From positions 62,001 through 85,377 of the forward strand of contig JALJEE010000092.1 of assembly GCA_023231475.1 (NCBI GenBank): DNA of 23,377 nt, in the 5' to 3' direction. The notes under the pieces are model-generated. The model worked only from the letters and a program-made list of their open reading frames with translations, did no database searches and was not told the DNA's origin. The stretch's first letter is position 1, and the number at the start of each line of letters is the position of its first letter. The position numbers and the translations under genes are program-made. This stretch comes from Seison nebaliae. Its lineage: Eukaryota. Positions 12,175-22,759 of this stretch are shown one piece after another.

Positions 12175-12634
12175 TAAAATAAAACGTTTTTTTTTAAATC
12201 TCTTTCAAAATATTTTATTATGATATTCCACTCTCCATTTTCCTCCTCACATTATTCAATCCATTTACTTCAAATAACCAATTCTTTTGGCGATTCTCTC
12301 CATTAGAGTTCTAATTAATCTTCTCTAAAATTATCAATTTTAACAACTCTCCTTCCACCATTAATTCCTTTCTGCGAATTACTTTTCTTTATTGACCAAA
12401 CATCTTCTTCTCTCCATTGTTCTTCTCACCATAAAATATTTCATCTATTTTAATTTTGATTTAATCTTGTCTATTTTTCTAATTACTCATGCGAAGGAGA
12501 GATGATAACTAGGTCTTTTCCTCAAAAATGCCTTCCTACTTCTCACCAACAACTTTATATTTCATTCATCCTTTTTCTCCCTTTTTCCAAATTCTTACGA
12601 TTATTATTCATATTTTTATTATTATTATTATCCG

Positions 12635-12640
12635 AATAAA
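12635..12640 (+). terminator. Candidate polyadenylation signal of the 1920-aa gene
   Basis: AATAAA after a pyrimidine-rich 3'UTR-like stretch, followed by a GT-rich element (ttgattgtgt). An alternative AATAAA sits at 12178-12183. Confidence 0.4.
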
Positions 12641-13238
12641 CTAAAAATTATTGATTGTGTATATTTCCAATAGACGAAATGAAAAAATTCAGGATTTTGG
12701 ATTGAAAAGAAATTATTTAAAATTTTTCTTCATTGAAGAAATTGTTAAATAACTTTTAATTTCAATACTTATTTATTAAATTTAATTAAATGTTCCATTG
12801 AATTCAATTAATGATTAAAAGTTAAATTATTTAATGTTTTGTAATTTAATATTTTTTATTCAATCAATAAATATTTCAGAAAAATTTCATTATCATTCTT
12901 TGGAGGAATTTCTTTCGAATCTGTCTTCTTTCCCATTCCGTTCAATCTACTCACTAAATTTCAATTTAGTAACTTTTTTTGTATCGTTGAAAATTATATG
13001 TTGAATAAGATAAGATAAGACACTGAATGATGAGATAAGAATAAACTCGAATGTATCAGGAAGCTCCATGATGAATGAAATAAAAATAATGAACGGTGGC
13101 TCTCCAGCAATCGCCCCTAAAAACTATTCTTCCATTAATTCGATAATGTTCGATCCTGTCACCTCTTTATGACATAATTTCTCTCCTTACACAAAAGGAT
13201 CGTCTTCCTTTTCGGACGTCTCTACTGATATCCGCAAT

Positions 13239-13790
13239 ATCACTTTTCTCTCTCTCAACACACATGGTTCTACCAACGTCCGATCTTCTATTTCCTTTTT
13301 CTCTGGCTTTGACATCATCTTCTGTCAAGAGACTTGGCTAGTTGACTCCAAACCACCTTGGTTCGAAGTGGCTGATCATCTATGTTTCAGTACCTCCGCT
13401 TCTCCTCCCGATTCGGATAATGGCTCTGGCCGACCTTCCGGTGGTCTATGTACTTTAATTTCTAAGGATCTTCATCCCTCTTAATTTACCCCACTATCAA
13501 TGGATGTAGTCTGCTTTTTCGTGTATAATATCCTATGTTTCAATGTCTACCTTCGGCCGAGTGATTTTTCAGGTTTCTGTTCCTCTCTCTCAGTCATTGA
13601 ATCCACTATCTCTAAGTATCAATCTACCGTTTTTATAATTGGAGGCAACTTCAACTGTGATATCAAAAAGACATCATACACTTCTAATCGTCTTTCCGTT
13701 TTCCTCTCTTCCACATCTTCCCAATTCACACATCAACTCTACCTATCAACCGCGATTCCCTCGATCAATTACGCCTTTTTATTGACACAG
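13239..13790 (+). mobile_element. Degenerate non-LTR retrotransposon (LINE) AP-endonuclease fragment
   Basis: One frame reads ITFLSLNTHG..FDIIFCQETWL..GRPSGGLCTLI..PS*..FNVYLRP..IIGGNFNCD..SINYAF, matching the APE motifs NxxG, DIIxxQETW, GRxxGG, NVYxP, GDFN and IDY in order. In-frame TAA at 13482-13484; the ORF track shows only the second half. Confidence 0.88.
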
Positions 13791-14159
13791 AGGATGACAG
13801 CAACTTTTTTCATGTTTATCCCGACGGGAATTTTAACCAATAAATAATAATAATGAATTTTTAGTTACAATAATTTGAATTTTGGAATTAAACATTTTCT
13901 TTAAAACATTTTTGTTAATGGTGGAATAATTTAAAATAACATAGAATAACTGAATATTGCATTGATACTGTATAACTCGTTTAAACTTTAAACCAGTTTG
14001 AACGCAGTTCATATTTCTAAAATTGAAACATTGAAAGATAATTCAATTCATATAGAAATGAATCAAAATTCTTTCAAACTTCAACTATTCCGACAGAACA
14101 ATTTTTACTTTAACTTAATTCAATTTCTTCTTTTTCACGAACCAAAAAAAAGAAGAGTT

Positions 14160-14876
14160 ATGACGCAGAAAGCGAATGCATTAAAATGTAAGACGATTGG
14201 TTTAGAATCGAATTTTTGGTATCTTCCAATCCCACCGAAAATGACATACGAAAAAAAAAAACGACAGAACTATCCACCTCTCAGTAACATAGACTGTTTG
14301 GAGAATCAACTGCCATCTAATGACGATCGAAAGCCATTACCACAACGAACGAAAAATAACAATTTGATTACTGAACATCATCCTTTCGCACATCAATCTA
14401 GTTCGAATCGTCGTGGAGCTAATATAGAGAGTACTGACTGGAATATGTTGCTTAGCAACGGAGATGCTCATATTAAAAATCAGATTGATCCCGATTGTCC
14501 ACATGCGGTTGGTCAGGTGGTTGAGTGGATGTTGTTTGCTAATAAGCCTAAAGAAATGTCGATGCACATTCCCCAATTGAAAGTGAATGAGCATTGTCTC
14601 GCAGAACAACGACGACAACATGAGATGAAGGCAAATAAATATTATGATAAAATTGATCAACTTCCTCATCCGCCTATCTATTATCAACAACAGAAATTGA
14701 TGGATTGTGCCGTGAAATTGTCATCGTGGTTAGGTGATCGTGCTCGACAGAGAAAGAGTTTGAAGAAGTCAGCTGTTTTGAACGATGTCCTCACTTACAC
14801 ATATCATAAGAATGAGGAGAAGCGGATGAGTAATATTAAGCGAGGTAAATTGACATCAGGAAAAGACGTTTTATAA
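14160..14876 (+). CDS. Hypothetical protein, 238 aa from first ATG (MTQKANALKC...GKDVL)
   Basis: Open frame with normal amino-acid complexity. The track start at 13998 is TTG and the upstream part looks like UTR. AATAAA at 14891 and 14901. No domain recognised. Confidence 0.75.
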   Translation: MTQKANALKCKTIGLESNFWYLPIPPKMTYEKKKRQNYPPLSNIDCLENQLPSNDDRKPLPQRTKNNNLITEHHPFAHQSSSNRRGANIESTDWNMLLSNGDAHIKNQIDPDCPHAVGQVVEWMLFANKPKEMSMHIPQLKVNEHCLAEQRRQHEMKANKYYDKIDQLPHPPIYYQQQKLMDCAVKLSSWLGDRARQRKSLKKSAVLNDVLTYTYHKNEEKRMSNIKRGKLTSGKDVL

Positions 14877-15198
14877 AATGAGAGATGTTTAATAAAGAAC
14901 AATAAAAATATAAAGAAATATTTCCAGAAGAAGTGGAAATTTTTGTAGAAAGAAAAAACAGTTTGAAAATTCCCCATTGTTTTTTTTTTATTATTATTTT
15001 CGATGAGAAAAGTAAGTGTACGATAAAGTAAGTTCATATAAATGTTTTCTGTTAAAAAATTTCAAGAAAATAGTTTCATATTTATCAAATGAAAATGAAG
15101 GAGAGGAAAGGAGAGATGTTAGTTGAAAGGAAATGTGAATAACTTCGAAGAATATTGAAAGGTCGTGAGGTGAATGAAACAAAACATTTATTTTGTCA

Positions 15199-17738
15199 TT
15201 ATTTACATGAGCGTTCTCTTAACAATCGGAGACGTTTCAAAAAAAGATACATTACATAATCATCAAAATCGATTGCATCTAAACGTATAGAATAATGATG
15301 GTAAATAGTGAAGTAGATAAAGGAGTGAAACTTGAAAATACGAGTTCTAATAACAACTTCCATTGGATTGATCGGACGATATGAATTGTCAATACGAATT
15401 GATTATTAAACAATATATTGCATACTAACGATAAGATGGAAGTGAATGAATATAATGTAATTAACGAGATATGATTTCGATTCATTCCACAATTGTTAGA
15501 TGTGACGAAGAGACTTTGGCAGAAACGTTCGAATAAACCAAAATTCTTTTTAATATTATCGATGATGGAAATGGATGAATAATATTCTTTCGTATTAAAT
15601 CTATTCATCAAATTCCTAGCAATTGGCATGTGACGTAGAGTGAACGATTTCGAATATTCTTGGAAAAATAATTTGGTAGCAAAATCGAAATATTTGGAAT
15701 GACGACGGAAAATTCCGTAATCTAACGATTTCCTTAATTCGAATAGAAGTGGTAATTGTCCGTCATGAAAACAAGTTTTCTTCCATTTCTCTTCCAGTGG
15801 AAAAATGTTATTTTGTTTTTCTAATTGTTCTACTTCTTTAATATCGAAATGTAACTCCTTCAATCGATTTAATAATTCGTTGAGGATTTTCCATTTTTCT
15901 ACAATGAAAATCGATCGGAATAATAAATATGGTATTGGATCATTCATCATTCTCTCGTTGGTAACAGATGTGGAAATTTGGCGGAAATATGAGAAACTCT
16001 GACACAAGGAATTGACGATATATTGAGATGAATTGATGGTTTTGTAATAGATCTCCGAATTCTCATTCTCCAATTTCCGATAATTAAAAATGAACAAATC
16101 TTTCTCATTCTCCAATTGTTCGATGTTGTGAGTGATGGGTTCGTTACGAATTTCATCAATTATCGATTCATTAATCAATTGAATACGTCTCGTGAAATAA
16201 TTGAGATAATAATTGGGCAATTTTCTCATGACAATCAGTTGAGAGATATGACGAGAAGTGGGAGAGGAAATTCTTTGGAAATTCTCAACAATTCTTCCAC
16301 AATGTTCTTCTTTCGCCAAATCCATCAATTGTAAATGTTTAATTAATTTATCGTCAGGATATGTTCGGAAGAAATTAATGATTACTTCACCACTCTTCTC
16401 ATATGTACGATGATAATTGTTGAAAAAACGATAATAGATTCGAAGGAGATTTGGATAATTATCATTTGATCCAATCATTGGAAATTTCATTATTTTTTGT
16501 TCTCCTTCGATTAACGTCATATTTTCATTATCATCATTAATGGAAATGGAAGAAAAAGATCGTAAGTTTCTATCAAATATTTTCGGTAACATCATATTCA
16601 CATTGGATTGAATGAATTGTTGAAAATGAGAAGATAATTCTTTCTTTTTCAATTCATCAATTTGTTGATGGAGGAATTGATGGAATAATCGATTCAATAA
16701 AAATGATCGATAAAAATTATTTAAAAATGAATTATCAGAATATTTCATCATTCCAATGATGTGGAGAAAAGATAATGAGTTCGATTTGAATTCTAATATC
16801 TCCCCCAAATTCGTAATAGGAAGAAATCTCATTTTCTTTTCTTTCGATAATAATTCGCCTCGAATTCTTGCCAAATCTTTATTGGAAATCGATTCGACCA
16901 ATCGATCCAATTCCTTCTCATCAGCCAAAAACGGAATTGATAAATTGAACAAATGACGAATGTTTATCTCCCAATCATCACGAAACATTTCGATAGATTT
17001 GTCAATTTGATCGTGTCTATGAGCGAAACGCATTTGATGGAGAAGAAATTGTAGACGGAATTGATCTGATGACAAATCGATGTAATCTTTCGGTTGATGA
17101 ATAATTGATGGAGTTCGTCGATTAATTATGGTAGTGATTTCATTCACTTTTAACTCCTTCTCTAATTGCCATGTTTGATTCAAAAGATTTTTGAAAATAA
17201 TTTCCGTCTCTTTCGAACTGGATGGAAGTGAATTGATAATTCGATGAATTGATAATAATGATCCATCTAAAGAACATAACATGTCGAACTCGTAAAGATA
17301 ATTGGAGAAGATTTGAGCGAAATGTCTCCGATCAATATTCATCAATAACAAATAAATGAGTGAGGGATGGAGAATGGCAGAAGGTGAATATTTAGAAGAA
17401 GAAAATCGTTTCTCATTCTTCTTCTTCACCATCGTCTCTAAATCACATCGATCATTATTCTTCTCATTCCATAAGTGGGAACGGCCATTCTCCAAATAAT
17501 TCTGAAGCGATGCTCTTGCTAATAGTTGCAATTGATCGAGATCCGGACAATTCTTTAATAAACTCTCCGCATCCAAACAATAGAGATACGAATAGAATCC
17601 ATCAGTCAAACTCTCTTCCCAGAAACCATAGGCCGTTTGGAAACGAGGACGATTTCGAACTAATGTCCTCAATGAACATCGATATGGTAATTGAGCTGTG
17701 ATATTCACATATTTGCCGCTTTGGCATTTATGTCTCAT
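15199..17738 (-). CDS. Hypothetical, probably alpha-helical protein, about 828 aa; exons 17738-15332 and 15278-15199
   Basis: 2.4 kb ORF with an in-frame stop shortly upstream of the ATG. Its apparent TAG (15281-15279) doubles as an acceptor (tatacgtttAG). A phase-1 donor GTTTCA at 15331 gives a 53-nt intron and the ending ..LELVFS-N-AIDFDDYVMYLFLKRLRLLRERSCK*, with AATAAA at 15192-15187. The unspliced alternative is 819 aa. Confidence 0.8.
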
Positions 17739-18468
17739 TGAGTCAAATTAAATTTCATTCAAAAATTATAAATCTTAGAAAGAATCATATTCTCATTTTC
17801 AAGTTCCCATTTCTCTCATTTACACTATCGAATTGTTCGGAGATAAAAATAAATTAATAAATAATATTTAAATTTTAAGCTGTACTTCCAATTATTTTTC
17901 ATATTATATCTTCTCTTGCTATACTTCTATAATTTCTATAAACTATAAGCGTAAATAAACAACAGATTCACATTCGTTTCTCACAAAAATCAAACTTTTT
18001 GGGTTATGATTTGACTTGTTAAGCGATTAGAATATTGGCTAGTCTATTCGAGTTTATTCGCAAAAATGAGTACCTGCAAATACGTAATACTGCTCGATAA
18101 AAACTAGTTTTTTTAATAGAAATTTTTTTTTCTTTTAAGCCTAGTAGTTTTTATCCATATATCAACTCACAAAGTGATTGATAAAAACTCAATAAAAACT
18201 CACAATTATTAGACTAATTTATAACTTAACTTGAGACTTGAGCTTGAAACTTAACTGAAATTTTCTCCAAATTCAACCATATAGAGTAGTAGATAAAATT
18301 AAGGACTATATCATTAATTAAATTACTCCTTTCAAATTCAAATTGTGAATATATGAAATCACCTATTAAGATGGGACGTAAGAAGAACGAAAAACTTTAC
18401 CTATCAGTTAATTTAACACCTAACGGGAAAAATTATACTACTACTATATCGTCAGTTTATTTAGGAGG

Positions 18469-19305
18469 TTATATACGGTTTTTTGGTGTTTCAACACTAT
18501 CATCCTTTGCATCATCGTCTACTTCATCGTCTAGTTCATTGTCATTTACATTTTCATTTACATCGTCATTTACATCGTCATTTACATCGTCATTTACATC
18601 CTTATTATCATTACAGTTTCGATAATAAGATGATTCGTAATATGAAGCGTTCCATCTGAATGCGCTTCTCATATTGGATCCGCCATCAGTTATTATTCTT
18701 AACACTTTTTCTTCTGAAATATTCAATTCACTTAAAACATCCCGAAACAAAGATACAATTTTAATTGCTGTGTGTGGGCGACTGATTGGAATTAATGCCA
18801 TGGTGATGGCCTTTAATCGATCTTGTTTAATGAAGTGCGCCGAAAAATGAATATACGATTGCATTGAGCTCTTTCTGGACCAAATATCGGTGGAAACGGA
18901 AAATTTTTTAAACTCGTATAGCGTCGATATTATGTGATTCAAATGTTTATGCTTCAACGATTCTTGAATTTGCTTAATCTTATAGACCGATGGAACCACA
19001 AAACCCAAGGTAAGGCAAAAAGTTTTAAAATTTTTTTCGTTCACTATGGATAAACCAGCCGATGAATTTACGAGGAACATTGCTAGCTTTTCGTTGGCTA
19101 TTTCATATTTATTTGAGTCCTTTGGGAGAATATTCCCATCTTCTTGATCATTCAGGTTGCCATATTCCTTCGAATGATGTCGTGAAAGATGCTGACGAAT
19201 GTGAGAGGAGCTGCTTCCTCTGATTAACTTCCCACAACGACTGTCACGTCTCTTGATGTAAGTAAAGCTCATGGATTGGATAACATGGTCCTGGAATCGT
19301 GGCAT
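18469..19305 (-). mobile_element. Truncated hAT-superfamily (BED-finger, ZBED-like) transposase fragment
   Basis: Partial BED finger (RCGK..SSSHIRQHLSRHH), then LSIVNEKNFK..VPS, first catalytic Asp (SVSTDIWS), SYIHFSAHFI, HTAIKI and second Asp (IITDGGSNMRSAF). Ends after an acidic insert, before CxxH, the catalytic Glu and the hATC dimerisation domain. Confidence 0.9.
18542..18601. repeat. 12-bp coding tandem repeat, 5 units (VNDD on minus strand)
   Basis: tcatttacatcg x3 perfect plus two variant flanking units. Confidence 0.92.
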
Positions 19306-19858
19306 TGTTGAATGATGATTTGAGTAGCATCTTAGTAGAACATGTGAACGATGTATTTCTCAACCGAATCAATTATAATAATTTACGTTCATTCTTACAA
19401 GGGAACTACACTTACGTACCGGCTCAGATCGTCCTGAAAATTTACTAAGATATTGTAATTTAGATATTCATTTGTATTATTTTCTTCGATTTTATTCATA
19501 TTATTCAACTTATCGTTTTCCGTTTGAATTATATTTGGAAATTATATTCTTTGAATTATATTAATTCTTTCATTTCATATTAGTTATTCAATTCATATTT
19601 ATTTCTTTCATTTTTCTTCATAGAACATAGAATTTCATTTTCTTCTTTTGATTCTAAAAAAATGACTAACGAAGATAATATAGATGTGAGAAACATTTGT
19701 CAATGCCTCATAACTTTATTCGATGATGATGACGGAAACCAATCGGATAAATAGGGTTCGCTAAATCGGCCTGACAAGAAATTATATGCACGATTGAAGT
19801 TCCTTATTATGAATGAAAGGAAAGAACGTGCATCTAATTTCAATAACGAAAGTTTCCC

Positions 19859-20670
19859 TTGTTAGTGGTTCCAGTTCCTAAGAGTAAAAAAAAGAATCAG
19901 AACGCTGTCGGGTTTTCCGTCCGATCTAATTGTCTCATTAAAATAATGGAAAAAATTATTCATAATAAATATTCGGAAATGCTGTACTCGTCTGCTCTTC
20001 AATTTGTTTATCGAAGTTCAGGTAGAGGAACGTTACCGATCATTCTAATAATCCGATATTTCATTTTGATGTCCCGTTCATCAAAGCAAACTTTTCTGGT
20101 TTGTTTTCTAGATGCTTCTAAGGCATTTGATTCCGTAAAGATTGGAGTTGGATTGGACTTATTAGGTAGTAGAGGTATGGTTTCAGGTTCTATCGCATTC
20201 ATAAGAAAACTATCAGTCGAGTCCATAGGAGTTATTAAATGGAATTCAGTATTGAGTGAACCGTTTGATATCAACAAAGGAGTGAGACAGGGTTCTATTC
20301 TTGCGCCTTGGGTATTTGAAAAGATCTTCGATGAAGTAATCGAAGCCGGTAATGAAGGAAACGAAGCTCCTCCTTTGTCGATAACATTCGTCGACAATTC
20401 ATAAGAAACTTCTACTCCTTTCATCATAAATGTAAATTTTTTCCAGTGAAATTGAAGATGAAACGTTTCATCACGTTCTGTTGTGGGTTCTATGGACTTC
20501 AAGCGTCTCTTGGTATCTCTAATAAGTCCATGGACTGCTTGGATAAGGCTTATAACCGGTGCATTCGTATCTTACTGGGCCGTCCTAGACCGTTTTGCAG
20601 GGCTTTCATGTTTTCTATTGAGGAACTATCTCCCTTTCCGGTTATTATGCTTGATCGTTATCTCTCGCTG
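19859..20670 (+). mobile_element. Internally deleted LINE reverse transcriptase (RTE-X-like, tentative clade)
   Basis: VVPVPK, KIMEKII, LQF, CFLDASKAFDSV and GVRQGSILAP match N-terminal RT subdomains. YADD is absent. The next frame (20446 on) has FITFCCGFYG..AYNRCIRILLGRP, like the post-RT region of such elements. Confidence 0.88.
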
Positions 20671-20919
20671 TCGGAAACTATATTCCCTTCCCGGAATTCT
20701 GGCAATGTGAGAAATTTAACACTCCTCTCCGTTATTTTTGTTCATATTATAATTTATCGTATCCATCATCTTTCTCTGATGCCAGGAGTATGCTACACAA
20801 CTTCAAGTTGGATGAGTACATACCGGGTGCTCTTGTCTCTAGTATTTCACTTGGCCGTGAACTATATGTTCATAACAAGCATTTTCTTTCATGAAAAATG
20901 TAAAATTATTTAACTGATA

Positions 20920-21486
20920 CGTTATACTTCGACAGATAATGGAATCAATTGGAATTGTTGCAAGTTCCTAATGGTCGTTTCGAACGAGGCAAATTTCACA
21001 TGACAAATGCTTTATAAACTGAACATGGGAAATACGGAAGAATATATCGATATCTTCGTCCACTTGTTCTCGAAACGTGTCATTCCAATCTACATTGGGA
21101 TGTACTTTCACCTCTAAACTTTGTTCTCGCGAGAAAGATAGAACGAAAGCGCATTTTTCTTTCCCATCTTCCGAGTAGAAATGAATTGCAGAATTTCGAG
21201 GTTGATATTCGAATATATTTATTCGCATACAATTATAGGTATATCCCGTGATTTTGCCGCATTTAGATTCTATCACGCCGTCTTCATGTTGATTCACATC
21301 TCTGTTCGCATAACCTTGAATAATGTTTTCGGAAACATTTTTTGAAATGACTGTACCGGAAAAATGACGCTTGAAGTATCTGATATTTCTTCGTTGATAA
21401 ACAGATCTCATCTTATTTTTATTTTCAACATCACTTAGTTCGACTTTTTTTGAACAAAACAACCACGTTTTCGATATAGAATATAA
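20920..21486 (-). pseudogene. Interrupted ORF, possibly the C-terminal part of a CACTA/EnSpm-type (CMC) transposase; otherwise a 147-aa hypothetical protein (ATG 21411)
   Basis: KITGYTY..RNSAIHF..KCAFVLSF, and past the TAG at 20970-20968 the frame continues ELATIPIDSIICRS. This resembles from memory the beta-rich C-termini of animal EnSpm transposases. No catalytic motif is visible. Confidence 0.3.
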
Positions 21487-21507
21487 TTATATCTTATTCC
21501 TTTTATC

Positions 21508-22185
21508 ATGAATTACCTAATCAAATTCGTAAAGGACAAAACATAATTTAATAGAACAACATTCGGAATTTATAAACAAAAAGAAGTGAATTTCATCGAT
21601 GAGAAAAAATGTGAAATATTATATGAGGATGAAATCTTCACCGGAGAATGTGTGGAAAAGGGAACTGACATTGAACGTCTAAAAATATTGCAAGATGGGT
21701 ACATCAATTTCGAGAATAGAAATATTACAAAAAAAAGGTTTGTTTTAGATAATTTTTTTATCATAATAATCTTATCATTTTTTTTACTTAGGAAGTCAGT
21801 GAGTGCAAAATCTAATGGATCGAAAAAAATAAATCTCAATGCCTCTTTAACCACTTCTGCACCGATCGAATCTTCAACATCGATGGAATCTTCACAGATA
21901 CTTACTTCCGTTCATACTGATACTTTCACTGCTGACAATACATTTAATCCTCCCATTCCTTCCGTTTCTTGCACTTTATTTAATCCATTTATTCCATTAA
22001 TTCCTTCTATTTATTCAACCACATCCACATTAAATCGTTCTGTATTCGAACCACCTGAGTGGTCCGTTCCATCAATATCAAATTACAATCCCTCACAACA
22101 ATCATCATCCGATATAATAATATCATTATTAACAAATATTCTTAACAAATTCAACATATATGTCACCCCCCATGATCATATATGA
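21508..22185 (+). pseudogene. Interrupted two-exon gene fragment; N-terminus resembles transposon-associated BEN-domain proteins, followed by an S/T/P linker
   Basis: ATG 21508 MNYLIKFVKDKT*FNRTTFGIY..CEILYEDEIFTGECVEKG, in frame with the track ORF; TAA at 21544. A 93-nt phase-2 GT..AG intron (21699-21791) removes an A/T-run stretch. No BEN domain itself is present. Confidence 0.4.
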
Positions 22186-22759
22186 TTCTTTACATGGGTA
22201 ATCAACAATAATAATTTTGTCGGTCTAAAAAATTATTTTGGTGATCTTATTAATCTTTTATAATTTATTTGTTTTTTTTTCTTTTACTCAAATTGGGATT
22301 GTACTTCAATAAATAATAATAATAAAAAAAAATTTTATTCTTGAACATCGATTCGTTCCAGAATTGTAGGAAAACAAATTTTTAAGAAGTTTATAGGTCA
22401 ATGTAAGGTTGTTCAAATTGAACTTTTTCCAACTAAATTCATTAATATTCTTTGGGGAAAAATGTGGCTAAAAAACATTTAAACAATTTTTTTAAAAAAT
22501 ATGAAAATTCGCAACGAATTAGAGATTGAGTTTTCCTATTATTTCCAAATCGATTGAGAGCAATCGAAATCAGAAAGAGAATTTTAACTGAATTTATAAC
22601 AATAAATTGAAACTGATAAATACGTATTTTTGAATATTACGAATACATATATTACTTTTGATTTTGCCTAAAAAAATTCCATATTATACTAAATACGTAG
22701 AAAGCATTCAAGTTACGTGCAATCTAATAATAATTCATTTAATTTGATACCCATACAGA

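Noticed and set aside
18469..19305. Domesticated ZBED gene
   Set aside because: The BED finger is incomplete, the C-terminal half is absent, and it lies among other TE debris. Nothing shows selection.
19662..19865. Short frame MTNEDNIDV..DK*GSLNRP..FPC* upstream of the RT
   Set aside because: It is interrupted, out of frame with the RT and unrecognisable, so there is too little to call.
13170..21546. Single in-frame stops inside protein-like frames (TGA 13170, TAA 13482, TAG 20970, TAA 21544) as a sign of an alternative genetic code
   Set aside because: All three stop types are involved, they occur only in or beside transposon-like pieces, and the 1920- and 800-codon host ORFs have none. 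Ordinary decay explains them.
21529..21554. 26-nt GT..AG micro-intron that would remove the TAA at 21544
   Set aside because: Removing it shifts the frame into an early stop, and it is shorter than the other introns here.
18353..21854. ORFs 18353-18625 (+), 20008-20502 (-), 20483-20710 (+) and 21570-21854 (-)
   Set aside because: They are antisense or off-frame shadows of the hAT, RT and BEN-like frames.
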